Below, in pieces: positions 43,143 to 52,616 of a DNA stretch of 64,000 bases. Position numbers and translations under genes: made by a program. How positions within the stretch are numbered: position 1 is the stretch's first letter; the number at the start of each line of letters is the position of its first letter. The DNA comes from Patescibacteria group bacterium (GTDB lineage Bacteria; Patescibacteriota; Patescibacteriia; Patescibacteriales; UBA12465), in contig JALNZW010000002.1 of NCBI GenBank assembly GCA_023229115.1, positions 17,513-81,512 on the forward strand, in the 5' to 3' direction. Under the pieces are notes generated by a model. It was not told the origin of the DNA, did not search any database, and saw nothing but the letters and a program-made list of their open reading frames with translations.

Positions 43143-45353
43143 ATGAATCTAATAATTGTTGAGTCCCCAACCAAGGCTAAAACTATCTCTAAGTTTCTAG
43201 ATAGTAATTATAAGGTCGAATCTTCTTTCGGCCACATTCGTGATTTACCCAAAAGTGAATTGGGTGTTGATTTAGAAAACAATTTCGAACCAAAATATGT
43301 TATTCCTAGCAAATCTAAGTCTAGAGTTAGTGAATTAAAAAAATTAGCTCAAAAGGCTGATTGCGTTATTCTAGCAGCTGACGAAGACCGCGAAGGAGAG
43401 GCTATTGCTTGGCATTTATTTACAGCCCTTAATCTTGATGAAAGCAAAATCAAAAGAATAGTTTTTCATGAAATAACTAAGGAAGCAATTCTAGAAGCAA
43501 TTGCTCACCCTCGTCAAATAGACCAAGAAATGGTCGATGCTCAACAAGCTAGAAGAATTTTAGATCGTCTAGTTGGCTATAAACTATCTCCTTTTTTATG
43601 GAAAAAAGTAGCTAAGGGCTTATCAGCTGGCAGGGTTCAGAGTGTAGCTGTTAAGTTAATAGTTGAAAGAGAAAAAGAGATAAAAGCTTTTATACCCCAA
43701 GAATATTGGGACATTGAAGCTAAACTTTCTAAAAATGATAACTTTTTTTATTCTAAATTACTTAAAATAAACAATAAAAGTGTTGGTAAATTTCAATTTA
43801 AAAGCAAAGAAGACACCGAAGAAACAGTTGAATCACTAAAAAAGGGTGGATGGTTAATTAGCAAAATTGAAGGAAAAGAAACAAAGAAAAGCCCCCTACC
43901 TCCTTTTATAACCTCTTCTTTACAGCAAACCGCCAATCGTCATTTTGGTTTTAGTGCCAAACAAACAATGACTATTGCTCAGAAATTATATGAAATGGGC
44001 CATATCACTTACATGAGAACTGATTCCCTTAACCTTTCCTCTAAATTTAAAGATGAAGCCTCCAAATACTTAGAAGAGACTTATGGAAAAAATTATCTTA
44101 AATCAGGAGGAAGGTCTTTTAAGGTTAAAAGTAAAAATGCTCAAGAAGCTCATGAAGCAATCCGTCCAAGTAAAGTTTACAATTCCCCTGAAAAAATAGA
44201 ATCAAAGTTAGACAAAACTCAATTTAAGCTTTATCAATTAATTTGGCAAAGAGCCTTAGCTTCTCAAATGTCAGAAGCTATGTTAGACACAGTTAGTGTT
44301 GATATTATTGCTGGAGAAAAAAAAGAATGCATCTTCAGAGCTAATGGACAAACAGTTAAATTTAAAGGCTATTTGGAAGTATACCCAGAAAAAGTCAGCG
44401 AAAATGAACTGCCCCCAATTGAAGAGAATGAAGAATTAAAATTAGAAGATTTAATAAACAAGCAACACTTCACACAACCACCGGCCAGATATTCTGACGC
44501 TGGCTTAGTGAAAGAAATGGAAAAACATGGAATTGGCAGACCATCAACTTACGCTCCAACCATTTCCACTATCATTGACAGAAACTATGTTAATCGTGAT
44601 GAAAAAAAGAGACTATTTCCAACTGACATTGCTTTTATTGTTAATGATCTTTTATCTCAACACTTCAAAGATATTGTTGATTACAAATTTACAGCTGAAA
44701 TGGAAAACAATTTAGACGAGATATCTCACGGAAAAAAAGAATGGCAACCAGTTATTAAAAATTTCTGGGATCCATTTTATAAAAACTTAGAAGAAAAATA
44801 TCAAGAACTAGATAAACAAAAATTTTCCCCGGAAGAAGAAAGCGATGAAGTTTGTGATAAATGTGGAGCTAAAATGATTATTAAAACTGGACGCTATGGC
44901 AAATTTTTAGCTTGCAGTGCCTTTCCAGAATGTAAAAATATAAAATCATTAAAAAAAGAAGGGGAAGAAATTAGAAAAGAAGATAGCCCAGAAATGTTAG
45001 AATTAAAAGAAAAATATAAAGACGAAAAATGCGATAAATGTGGTTCAGACATGATTGTTAGAAATGGAAAATTTGGACCATTCTTGGGTTGTAGTAATTA
45101 TCCTAAATGTAAAAACCTCAAAAATATAGAAAAAAACGGTGAAAAAGGAATTGAAATTAAATGCCCTAAATGTGAAGAGGGAAAAATAGTCAAAAAATTT
45201 AGTCGTCGAGGAGTTTTCTACGCTTGTAGCGCTTATCCTAAATGCAAAAATGCTTATTTTGCCAAACCAACCGGAGAAAAATGCTCTAAATGCGGCAGCT
45301 TAATGATTGAAGATAAAAATGGACCTAAATGTTCAAATAAAGACTGTGAATAA
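43143..45353 (+). CDS. topA: DNA topoisomerase I with four C-terminal Cys4 zinc ribbons
   Basis: MNLIIVESPTKAKTISKFL, TOPRIM DEDREGEAIAWH, active-site region GHITYMRTDS, four CxxC..CxxC fingers. Confidence 0.95.
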   Translation: MNLIIVESPTKAKTISKFLDSNYKVESSFGHIRDLPKSELGVDLENNFEPKYVIPSKSKSRVSELKKLAQKADCVILAADEDREGEAIAWHLFTALNLDESKIKRIVFHEITKEAILEAIAHPRQIDQEMVDAQQARRILDRLVGYKLSPFLWKKVAKGLSAGRVQSVAVKLIVEREKEIKAFIPQEYWDIEAKLSKNDNFFYSKLLKINNKSVGKFQFKSKEDTEETVESLKKGGWLISKIEGKETKKSPLPPFITSSLQQTANRHFGFSAKQTMTIAQKLYEMGHITYMRTDSLNLSSKFKDEASKYLEETYGKNYLKSGGRSFKVKSKNAQEAHEAIRPSKVYNSPEKIESKLDKTQFKLYQLIWQRALASQMSEAMLDTVSVDIIAGEKKECIFRANGQTVKFKGYLEVYPEKVSENELPPIEENEELKLEDLINKQHFTQPPARYSDAGLVKEMEKHGIGRPSTYAPTISTIIDRNYVNRDEKKRLFPTDIAFIVNDLLSQHFKDIVDYKFTAEMENNLDEISHGKKEWQPVIKNFWDPFYKNLEEKYQELDKQKFSPEEESDEVCDKCGAKMIIKTGRYGKFLACSAFPECKNIKSLKKEGEEIRKEDSPEMLELKEKYKDEKCDKCGSDMIVRNGKFGPFLGCSNYPKCKNLKNIEKNGEKGIEIKCPKCEEGKIVKKFSRRGVFYACSAYPKCKNAYFAKPTGEKCSKCGSLMIEDKNGPKCSNKDCE

Positions 45354-45358
45354 TAAAT

Positions 45359-46348
45359 ATGAATAAAAAAATAAAAGTAGGTATATCTGAATTTAAACCA
45401 CTAATTATTAATTTGGCAAACAAATATACTGGTTTTGAAATTGAGTTATGGGAAATAATAGCCAATAAGCTAAATATAGACTTTCAATACAAAAAAATTG
45501 AATTTAATAATTTACTAGAAGAAACTAGCAAAGGAAACATTGATATAGCTATGGCCGGAATAACCAGGACCAAAAAAAGAGAAGAAAAGGTTAATTTTTC
45601 CTATTATACACTTAGGTCAGGCTTATCAATATTAATCTCTAAAAGATCTAAACTCAACATAACAACAACAATAAAAAATATCATAACAGAAAATTATAAG
45701 AAATCAATAAAATTTTTATTAATTTTTTCAGGATTTATATTTTTAATTTCTAACTTATTTTGGTTTTACGAAAAAATAAACCCTCAAATAAGTGATAATT
45801 ACAAACATGGAATTATTGACTCTCTTTGGTGGACGGTAACAATGATGAGCGGGGTTGGTAGTTTTTACCCAGAATCTCCAATGGGTAAAACCATAGGCTT
45901 TTTAGTAGTTTTTTTCGGAATAACTATTTTTGCTATATTTATAGCTAAAATAACATCAGTAGCAACAATCAATGAAGCTAAATACAAAATCAATAAACCA
46001 GAAGACCTTAGAAACAAGCTAGTGGCTACTAAAGAAAAAACAACAGCGGTTGATGAGCTTGAAAAATTAGGAGCTAAAATAATTACCAAGAAAAAAATAG
46101 AAGAAGCTTTTGAAGATTTAAGAAATAAAAAAGTAAACGCAGTAGTGTTTGACCAACCTGTTATCAAAAATTTTATTAAAGATGAAAAACAAGAAGAATT
46201 TATATTAACTGGAGAAACATTTGACAGACAAACTTATGGTTTCGCCTTCCCCCACGAAAGTCTTTTGAGAGAAAGAGTTAACAGAGAAATATTAGGATTA
46301 ATTGAATCTGGAGAATATAATCTTTTATACAAAAAGTGGTTTGAATAA
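45359..46348 (+). CDS. periplasmic-binding-protein (SBP_bac_3) domain split by a 2-TM pore module: GluR0-like ligand-gated channel homolog
   Basis: S1 lobe GFEIELWEIIANKLN..DIAMAGITRTKKREEKVNFSYYT. M1, pore helix and loop WWTVTMMSGVGSFYP, M2 (nt 45701..45967). S2 lobe EDLRNKLVATKEKTTAVDEL..VFDQPV..YGFAFP. No N-terminal signal peptide. Confidence 0.75.
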   Translation: MNKKIKVGISEFKPLIINLANKYTGFEIELWEIIANKLNIDFQYKKIEFNNLLEETSKGNIDIAMAGITRTKKREEKVNFSYYTLRSGLSILISKRSKLNITTTIKNIITENYKKSIKFLLIFSGFIFLISNLFWFYEKINPQISDNYKHGIIDSLWWTVTMMSGVGSFYPESPMGKTIGFLVVFFGITIFAIFIAKITSVATINEAKYKINKPEDLRNKLVATKEKTTAVDELEKLGAKIITKKKIEEAFEDLRNKKVNAVVFDQPVIKNFIKDEKQEEFILTGETFDRQTYGFAFPHESLLRERVNREILGLIESGEYNLLYKKWFE

Positions 46349-46351
46349 AAA

Positions 46352-47251
46352 ATGAATAAAATAAACATAAAAATCAGCAAAAGAATTATTATTAAAAAGA
46401 TATTTCAATCTTTATTCTTTATTTTTATTTTTTTCTTATTAGGCTTATTATTCTCCTATATATTTCCCGAAGAAAAAATAATAAGCAAAAATGTAAGGCT
46501 ACCTTTACAGAAAAGAGTAATGGCTAGTATTGGCGATTACACAATTAATAATCAACAAATAGCCAGATATATTAGCGAAGACAATCTAATAATAGAAGGA
46601 AAAAATAATATTTCCCTTAATGATTTAGAAAAATATTTATCAGAATTAAAAACCGGAGATATAATCTTTACTAATAGTGGTAAATATTTAAGCAGTGTAT
46701 TTATTCCTGGAAAATGGAAACATTCAGCTATTTATATTGGAAGTAAAAATCAACTTTCAGAATTTTTTACAGAAGAATCTGAGATATTTAAAAAGCTAGA
46801 AACATATTATCAAAACAATGAACAAAAACTAATAATAGATAGCAGCTCCGACGGCGTTCAAATTAGAGACATAAAAGAATTATCCAATCTTTCTCAATCC
46901 TCTTATTTAAAATCCTTTGCAGTTTTTAGAATAAATAAAAACAAAGAAAAAATTATTAATTTTTTGAAAAAAAGCAAAGAGCAAGTTGGAAAAGAATATG
47001 ACTATGACCTAATAACCGAAGATGAAAAAGAATTATATTGCTCAGAATTAATTTATCACTCTTTAAAAGAAATTGGATTTGAAATAAAAAGAGAAGAGTC
47101 TTTCGCTAGAGAAATGATCAGTCCCAATGACTTAGTCAATTACATGATTCGTAGTAATTATTTCTCTTTTATTATTTTTTTAGAAAAAGAAAATTATTCA
47201 ATCAAAGAATTGAATAAACTAGAATTATTAAAAGAAGTCTCTGCCTATTAA
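46352..47251 (+). CDS. YiiX/YaeF-like permuted papain-fold (C92) enzyme, membrane anchored
   Basis: N-terminal TM; GDIIFTNSGKYLSSVFIPGKWKHSAIYIG and later YDYDL..ELYCSELIYHSL (His-before-Cys permuted order). Confidence 0.65.
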   Translation: MNKINIKISKRIIIKKIFQSLFFIFIFFLLGLLFSYIFPEEKIISKNVRLPLQKRVMASIGDYTINNQQIARYISEDNLIIEGKNNISLNDLEKYLSELKTGDIIFTNSGKYLSSVFIPGKWKHSAIYIGSKNQLSEFFTEESEIFKKLETYYQNNEQKLIIDSSSDGVQIRDIKELSNLSQSSYLKSFAVFRINKNKEKIINFLKKSKEQVGKEYDYDLITEDEKELYCSELIYHSLKEIGFEIKREESFAREMISPNDLVNYMIRSNYFSFIIFLEKENYSIKELNKLELLKEVSAY

Positions 47252-47269
47252 ATTATTAGAAAAAGAAAC

Positions 47270-47301
47270 AAAAAAAAGACGAGAAATATTCTCGTCTTTT
47301 T
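47270..47301. terminator. bidirectional terminator
   Basis: AAAAAAAAGACGAG-AAATATT-CTCGTCTTTTT between convergent genes. Confidence 0.8.
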
Positions 47302-47314
47302 ATATATATTTTAT

Positions 47315-48310
47315 TTAGAAATAATCAATTCTCATTCCTTTTTTCACTTTTTTTAATATCTCACTCGCTTTAATCCTGGCCCTTTTAGTTCCGTCTTTAA
47401 CAATCTCCCTTACTAACTCTGGTCTATCTTGATAATATTTTCTCTTCTCTCTAATAGGTTCTAAATATTTTATAATATTTTCACTTAATTCTTTTTTGCA
47501 TTGAACACATCCCCTTGTCCCAGACTGACATTCATTTTTTATGTTTTCTAAATTATTCTTACTAAACATTTGATGATAATAATAAACCATGCAATCATCA
47601 GGATTTCCCTTGTCATCTATTTTTATTTTTTTAATATCAGTTAGAGCTTTTTTTACTTTTTGTTCAATAACTTCTGGTTCATCGGCTAAATAAATAGCGT
47701 TATTTAAGCTTTTGCCCATTTTAGAATTACCGTCTAAACCCTTAACTCGACCAATACTACCAATTAAAGCCTCTGGTTCTTTTAAAATATCACCATAAAT
47801 ACTGTTAAATTTTTTAACAATTTCTCTTGTTTGTTCAATCATCGGTAATTGATCTTCTCCAACCGGCACCAAATCAGCCCCAAAAACTGTAATATCGGCT
47901 GCTTGGCTCACAGGATAACCCAAAAAACCAAAAGTAACACTATCTTTAAACAACTCTTTTTTTTGTTTAATTTCTTCTTTAACGGTTGGATTTCTTTGAA
48001 GACGAGAGACGGTAACTAAATTAGAATAAAAAACTGTTAATTCTGCAATTTCTGGAATCATTGATTGAATAAAAATAGTTGATTTGTTCGGATCAACTCC
48101 TACCGCCAAATTATCCAAAACAACTTCAAAGGCATTGTCTCTAACCTTTTGGGGATTATTAAAATTATCGGTTAAAGCTTGGACGTCAGCTACCATAATG
48201 TGTGTGTCATATTCTTCTTGCAATTCAACTCGTTTTAAAAGAGAACCAAAAAGATGACCAATATGAAGCTGTCCGGTCGGCCTATCGCCTGTTAAAATTA
48301 TTTTTTTCAT
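47315..48310 (-). CDS. trpS: tryptophan--tRNA ligase
   Basis: GDRPTGQLHIGHLFG (HIGH) and KMGKS (KMSKS); C-x20-C-x6-C-x2-C insertion at aa 240-271. Confidence 0.95.
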   Translation of the reverse strand: MKKIILTGDRPTGQLHIGHLFGSLLKRVELQEEYDTHIMVADVQALTDNFNNPQKVRDNAFEVVLDNLAVGVDPNKSTIFIQSMIPEIAELTVFYSNLVTVSRLQRNPTVKEEIKQKKELFKDSVTFGFLGYPVSQAADITVFGADLVPVGEDQLPMIEQTREIVKKFNSIYGDILKEPEALIGSIGRVKGLDGNSKMGKSLNNAIYLADEPEVIEQKVKKALTDIKKIKIDDKGNPDDCMVYYYHQMFSKNNLENIKNECQSGTRGCVQCKKELSENIIKYLEPIREKRKYYQDRPELVREIVKDGTKRARIKASEILKKVKKGMRIDYF

Positions 48311-48315
48311 ACTTA

Positions 48316-48633
48316 TTATTTAGCCTTCTTAAAATTGCTTTCTTTATTAGTTCTTTCTTTTTTTTCTTTCATTTTTTCTCCAAAATAATCCATAGCTTTA
48401 TCAGCTAACTTAGAAAAAATAAAAAGATAAGAACCACTTTGCTTAATCTTGCTTTTAATTAAATTCAACAAGTTTTCAGTTTTATTTGCTATTCCTTGAG
48501 CCTGAGCTGTAATTTTATAAATTCTTTTAAAACTAATTACTAAATAAAACAACAACCAACTAAGAAAAAAAGCCACTACTAAAACAGCTAAAGAAATCGA
48601 AATATTTAAAATATCTCCGCTAGTTTCCATCAT
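48316..48633 (-). CDS. small N-terminally anchored membrane protein (DUF948-like?)
   Basis: Start moved to the ATGATG at 48633 so it no longer overlaps pheT. One TM (ISISLAVLVVAFFLSWLLFYLVI) followed by a helical, Lys-rich tail. Confidence 0.5.
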   Translation of the reverse strand: MMETSGDILNISISLAVLVVAFFLSWLLFYLVISFKRIYKITAQAQGIANKTENLLNLIKSKIKQSGSYLFIFSKLADKAMDYFGEKMKEKKERTNKESNFKKAK

Positions 48634-48658
48634 AAAAATATTATTAATTATAAAATAA

Positions 48659-51082
48659 TTAGAAATCTCTAACTTGAGCGCCAAATTTATCTTCTAGAAT
48701 CTTTATTAATTCTTTTTGGGCTACATCAATTTCTTCATTAGTTAATGTTTTTTCCAATGACTGATAGCTAATATGAAAAGCTAAACTTCTTTTATTCTGA
48801 CCTAAATTTTCACCAGAATAAATATCAAACAATTCTAATCCAACTATCAAAGGATTAAAGTCTTCTATTTCTTTTTTAATATCAATAAATAGAATATTTT
48901 GGTCAACTACAAAGGCCAAATCTCTATTTACAGCTGGAAATTTTGGAATTGGCTTGTATTGTTTTAAACCAAAGCTAGAAATAGCCTCTAGTAGCTTTTT
49001 TAGACTTATCTCCAAAGAAGAGGTGTCTTTTTTAATTCCATTTTTGGAAAGGATACTACCATCAACCTTGGCTAAAAAACCAATTTCCTCCCCGCCCAAC
49101 AACAAAAGGCATTTTTGATCTTTGTCTGCCCAAGAAATAATTGATTCTGTCGGTAAAAATTCAATCTCCAAACCGTTAGATAGTTCATAAATAAAATTAA
49201 AAACTAAATTCTTCAAAAATTGAAAACTATCTCCATTTGACTTAGCAGAAACGATGGCCAGTTTTTTCTCTTGGTAAGGTAGGCTTTCCAAAAAAGTATC
49301 ATCCTTGTTTAAGCCTCCGGGAATGTTTAAGAAAATATTGCCTATTTCAAAAATATCAATGTTCTCATATTTAGATTGATTGTTTTTTATATTTGCCAAT
49401 AAATTAGTACACAATGTTTGACGAAGAAGAGCGTATTGGCTGGACAAAGGATTTAATAGTTTAATATAAGCACTGTAATCTAAATTTAATTTTAAAAGTT
49501 GATCTTCACTAACAAAAGAATAATTATAAACCTCAGTTAATTTATAGCTAAGGGCTAAAATATTTTTAATTTTTTTCTCCATTTCCAATTCATAACTTTT
49601 TTCAGGAGGATTAATAGCAACTTCTGGTAAAGAAGCTTTAATGTTGTCATAACCAAAAATTCTAATTATTTCTTCTATAACATCTTCCTTAATTTTTAAA
49701 TCCTTCATCCTCCAAGAAGGAATAACTAGGCTCCAAACATTTTCGTTATTATTTTTTATCTTTATTCCCAAATTTTCTAATATTTTTTTTATTTCTTTAT
49801 CTTCTATTTTTTGACCAATTATTTTTTCAGCCCAAAGCAAATCTAGTTCTATTACTCTTTCTTCATTTTCAAAATCACCTTCAGAAACTAAAGGCAAATT
49901 AAAAGTGACTGTAGGGCAAACCTCTTTAATGATTTCAGCAACGCGATTTATGGCCAATAAACATAAATTAGGATCTAAGCCCTTCTCAAAGCGCATAGCA
50001 GCATCGGTTCTAGAATTAAGTCTTTGAGCTGTTTTCCTGACAGAAACGGCTTCAAAATTAGCAGATTCAACTATTATACTAGAAGTTGTATTGTTTATTT
50101 CACTATTTTTACCACCCATTACACCGGCTATAGCAATGGCTTCTTTGTTGTTGCAAATAAGTAAATCACTTTCATTTAAATTTTTCTCGATATCATCTAG
50201 AGTTATTATTTTTTCTCCCTTTTCGGCTGTTCTAACAATAATTTTATCAACCGAGTCGGCATCAAAAGCATGAAGTGGCTGTCCCAACTCAAGCATTACA
50301 TAATTGGTGGCATCAACAATATTATTAATTGATTTAGAACCTAGCGCCAAGAGTCTTTGTTTCAACCATTTTGGTGATTCTGAAATTTTAATATTATCTA
50401 TTTTTAAACCTATGTACTTAGAACAAAGTTTTTTATTTTTTATTTCAATTTCAATATTTTTAAGGGCTTCTTTTGATTTTTTAATTTTAATTTCTCTTGG
50501 TTTGTATTCTTTTAATTTAGAGCCAAATAAAACACTCAACTCTCTAGCTATTCCATAATGCCCCCAAAGATCTGGTCTGTTTGATATTGATTTATTGTCT
50601 ATCTCTAAAATAGTATCGGTTAAATCTAAATAATCGGAAAACTTTTGACCAATTTTAGCGCTTTTATCTAAAATCATTATACCGTCATGATTACTGCCCA
50701 AGCCTAGTTCATCTTCAGCACAAAGCATGCCGTTAGACTCTTCTCCTCTTATCTCAGCTTTTTTTATTTCTAAACCATTAGGTAAAATTGCTCCGATTTT
50801 AGCCAAGGGGACAAGCTGTCCGGCTTCAATATTGGGAGCGCCACAAACTATTTTAAGATTTTTTTCTTCACCATCATCAACCATAGCAATTTGAAGTCTA
50901 TCAGCCTTAGGGTGTCTCTGAACTTCTAAAATTTTAGCTATAACCACATTTCTAAATTTATCTCCTTGTTTAATTATTTGCTCAACCTCGACTGTATGCT
51001 TTGTTAATTTATCTTTGACATCTTCAACTTTCACGCCCGATAAACTTACAAAATCTTTTAACCAATTTAAAGATATATTCAT
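48659..51082 (-). CDS. pheT: phenylalanine--tRNA ligase beta subunit
   Basis: 807 aa; N-terminal tRNA-binding domain (HPKADRLQIAMVD..KIVCGAPN), B3/4, B5 and FDX-ACB-like C-terminus. Confidence 0.95.
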   Translation of the reverse strand: MNISLNWLKDFVSLSGVKVEDVKDKLTKHTVEVEQIIKQGDKFRNVVIAKILEVQRHPKADRLQIAMVDDGEEKNLKIVCGAPNIEAGQLVPLAKIGAILPNGLEIKKAEIRGEESNGMLCAEDELGLGSNHDGIMILDKSAKIGQKFSDYLDLTDTILEIDNKSISNRPDLWGHYGIARELSVLFGSKLKEYKPREIKIKKSKEALKNIEIEIKNKKLCSKYIGLKIDNIKISESPKWLKQRLLALGSKSINNIVDATNYVMLELGQPLHAFDADSVDKIIVRTAEKGEKIITLDDIEKNLNESDLLICNNKEAIAIAGVMGGKNSEINNTTSSIIVESANFEAVSVRKTAQRLNSRTDAAMRFEKGLDPNLCLLAINRVAEIIKEVCPTVTFNLPLVSEGDFENEERVIELDLLWAEKIIGQKIEDKEIKKILENLGIKIKNNNENVWSLVIPSWRMKDLKIKEDVIEEIIRIFGYDNIKASLPEVAINPPEKSYELEMEKKIKNILALSYKLTEVYNYSFVSEDQLLKLNLDYSAYIKLLNPLSSQYALLRQTLCTNLLANIKNNQSKYENIDIFEIGNIFLNIPGGLNKDDTFLESLPYQEKKLAIVSAKSNGDSFQFLKNLVFNFIYELSNGLEIEFLPTESIISWADKDQKCLLLLGGEEIGFLAKVDGSILSKNGIKKDTSSLEISLKKLLEAISSFGLKQYKPIPKFPAVNRDLAFVVDQNILFIDIKKEIEDFNPLIVGLELFDIYSGENLGQNKRSLAFHISYQSLEKTLTNEEIDVAQKELIKILEDKFGAQVRDF

Positions 51083-51092
51083 ATTTTTAGTA

Positions 51093-52121
51093 TTAAAATT
51101 GCTTCAAAAATCTAAGATCGCCGCTATTAAACAGGCGAGTATCGTCTATATTATATTTAAGCATTACCAAGCGATCAAAACCGAAGCCAAAGGCAAAACC
51201 AGAATATTTTTTAGGATCTATGCCTCCGTTTTTTAAAACATCAGGATGAATCATCCCACAACCTAAAATTTCTAGCCAACCAGTATATTTACAAACTCGA
51301 CAACCCTTGCCCGAACACAAAAAACAAGTATACTCACCATTGCTTCCTGGTTCTACAAAAGGATAATATTTTGGTCTCATTCTTAGTTTAGTATTGGGAC
51401 CATAAAGCTTTTTACCAACAGTTTCCAAAACACCTTTAAGATGTGAAAAATTAATACCCTTATCAATTACAATGCCTTCTAGCTGATAGAAAGTGTGTTC
51501 GTGACGAGCGTCAGTAGCCTCATTTCTAAAACATCTTCCAGGGACAATAGCCCTAAGAGGAGCTCCATATTTTTTCATAGCCCTAATCTGAACCGGAGAA
51601 GTATGAGTTCTCATAATCATGTCATACTGTTCATCTTTATTTTTCAAGTCAACAAAAAAAGTATCTTGCATTTCTCTAGCAGGATGATGTGGGGCAAAAT
51701 TTAAAGCAGTAAAATTATGGTAATCACTTTCCAATTCTGGGCCATCAATTACAGCAAACCCCATAGAATGAAAGAGGTCTTCTATCTCATTTCTAATTTG
51801 AGTTAAAGGATGAAGATGTCCTGTTTCTTGTTTTTGAGCTGGCAAGCTAGGATCAAACTTTTCTTTAGAAACTCTCTGTTTTTCTATGCTATTTTTAGCT
51901 TCTTGCAAGCTCAAAGTTAACTCTTGCTTAATACTGTTAGCTAATTGCCCAATATCTTTTTTTAAATCATCGCTCAAATCTTTAATTCCCTTAAGAATAA
52001 TATTAAACTCACTCTTACGATTAAAATACTTCTCCTCCAAATCTTTAAGGCCAGCAAGATCTTTGACTTCTAATAATTTATTGCTTATTTCTTCTTTTAG
52101 TTTTAAAAGTTTTTCTTTCAT
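51093..52121 (-). CDS. pheS: phenylalanine--tRNA ligase alpha subunit
   Basis: HPLTQ..., class II motifs (FRNEATDARHEHTFYQLEG, GFAFGFGFDRLVML). Contains a CFLCSGKGCRVC insertion. Confidence 0.95.
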   Translation of the reverse strand: MKEKLLKLKEEISNKLLEVKDLAGLKDLEEKYFNRKSEFNIILKGIKDLSDDLKKDIGQLANSIKQELTLSLQEAKNSIEKQRVSKEKFDPSLPAQKQETGHLHPLTQIRNEIEDLFHSMGFAVIDGPELESDYHNFTALNFAPHHPAREMQDTFFVDLKNKDEQYDMIMRTHTSPVQIRAMKKYGAPLRAIVPGRCFRNEATDARHEHTFYQLEGIVIDKGINFSHLKGVLETVGKKLYGPNTKLRMRPKYYPFVEPGSNGEYTCFLCSGKGCRVCKYTGWLEILGCGMIHPDVLKNGGIDPKKYSGFAFGFGFDRLVMLKYNIDDTRLFNSGDLRFLKQF

Positions 52122-52130
52122 ATTTTAAAT

Positions 52131-52502
52131 TTATTTTTCTGATATAAAAATATATTCTACAATCGACAAAATTAATATAACAATTATAATATTAAGCCAA
52201 GAAAAAATATTTTCAGCTAACATTACTAAAATAGCAATCAACAAGAAGGACAATAAAAAAGATTGTCTAAAGGATGAACGAACTGAATTAAATAAAAGAT
52301 TCTTTTTAGAAAATATTAATCTCAAAATAAAACCAAAAATAGTCAAAGTACTGCTTAAAGCAAAAAACAAGGTAATATAAAACAAAAAAAATCCAAGCCA
52401 ATTAGTGATTTCTGGATCAACAGAGTTAGCTATAAAAACAAAAACAGCCCAAAGCAGAAGGCTTAAAACGCTCATTGAAATAAGATATTTTCTAAGAGTC
52501 AT
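52131..52502 (-). CDS. hypothetical polytopic membrane protein (123 aa)
   Basis: Four hydrophobic helices; 9 nt upstream of pheS on the same strand. Confidence 0.6.
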   Translation of the reverse strand: MTLRKYLISMSVLSLLLWAVFVFIANSVDPEITNWLGFFLFYITLFFALSSTLTIFGFILRLIFSKKNLLFNSVRSSFRQSFLLSFLLIAILVMLAENIFSWLNIIIVILILSIVEYIFISEK

Positions 52503-52568
52503 ATGATTTTATATATTTTATACTAACAAAATTGACCTTTTTGGTCAAATAAAAGCCTTAAAACCGGG

Positions 52569-52597
52569 TTGACTAGCCTTAAAAATAAATATATAAT
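52569..52597 (+). promoter_or_regulatory. sigma70-type promoter of the DHH gene
   Basis: TTGACT(52569..52574)-N17-TATAAT(52592..52597); ATG 19 nt after the -10, so a very short leader. Confidence 0.65.
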
Positions 52598-52616
52598 AGT
52601 AAGTTAGTTTAATTTT

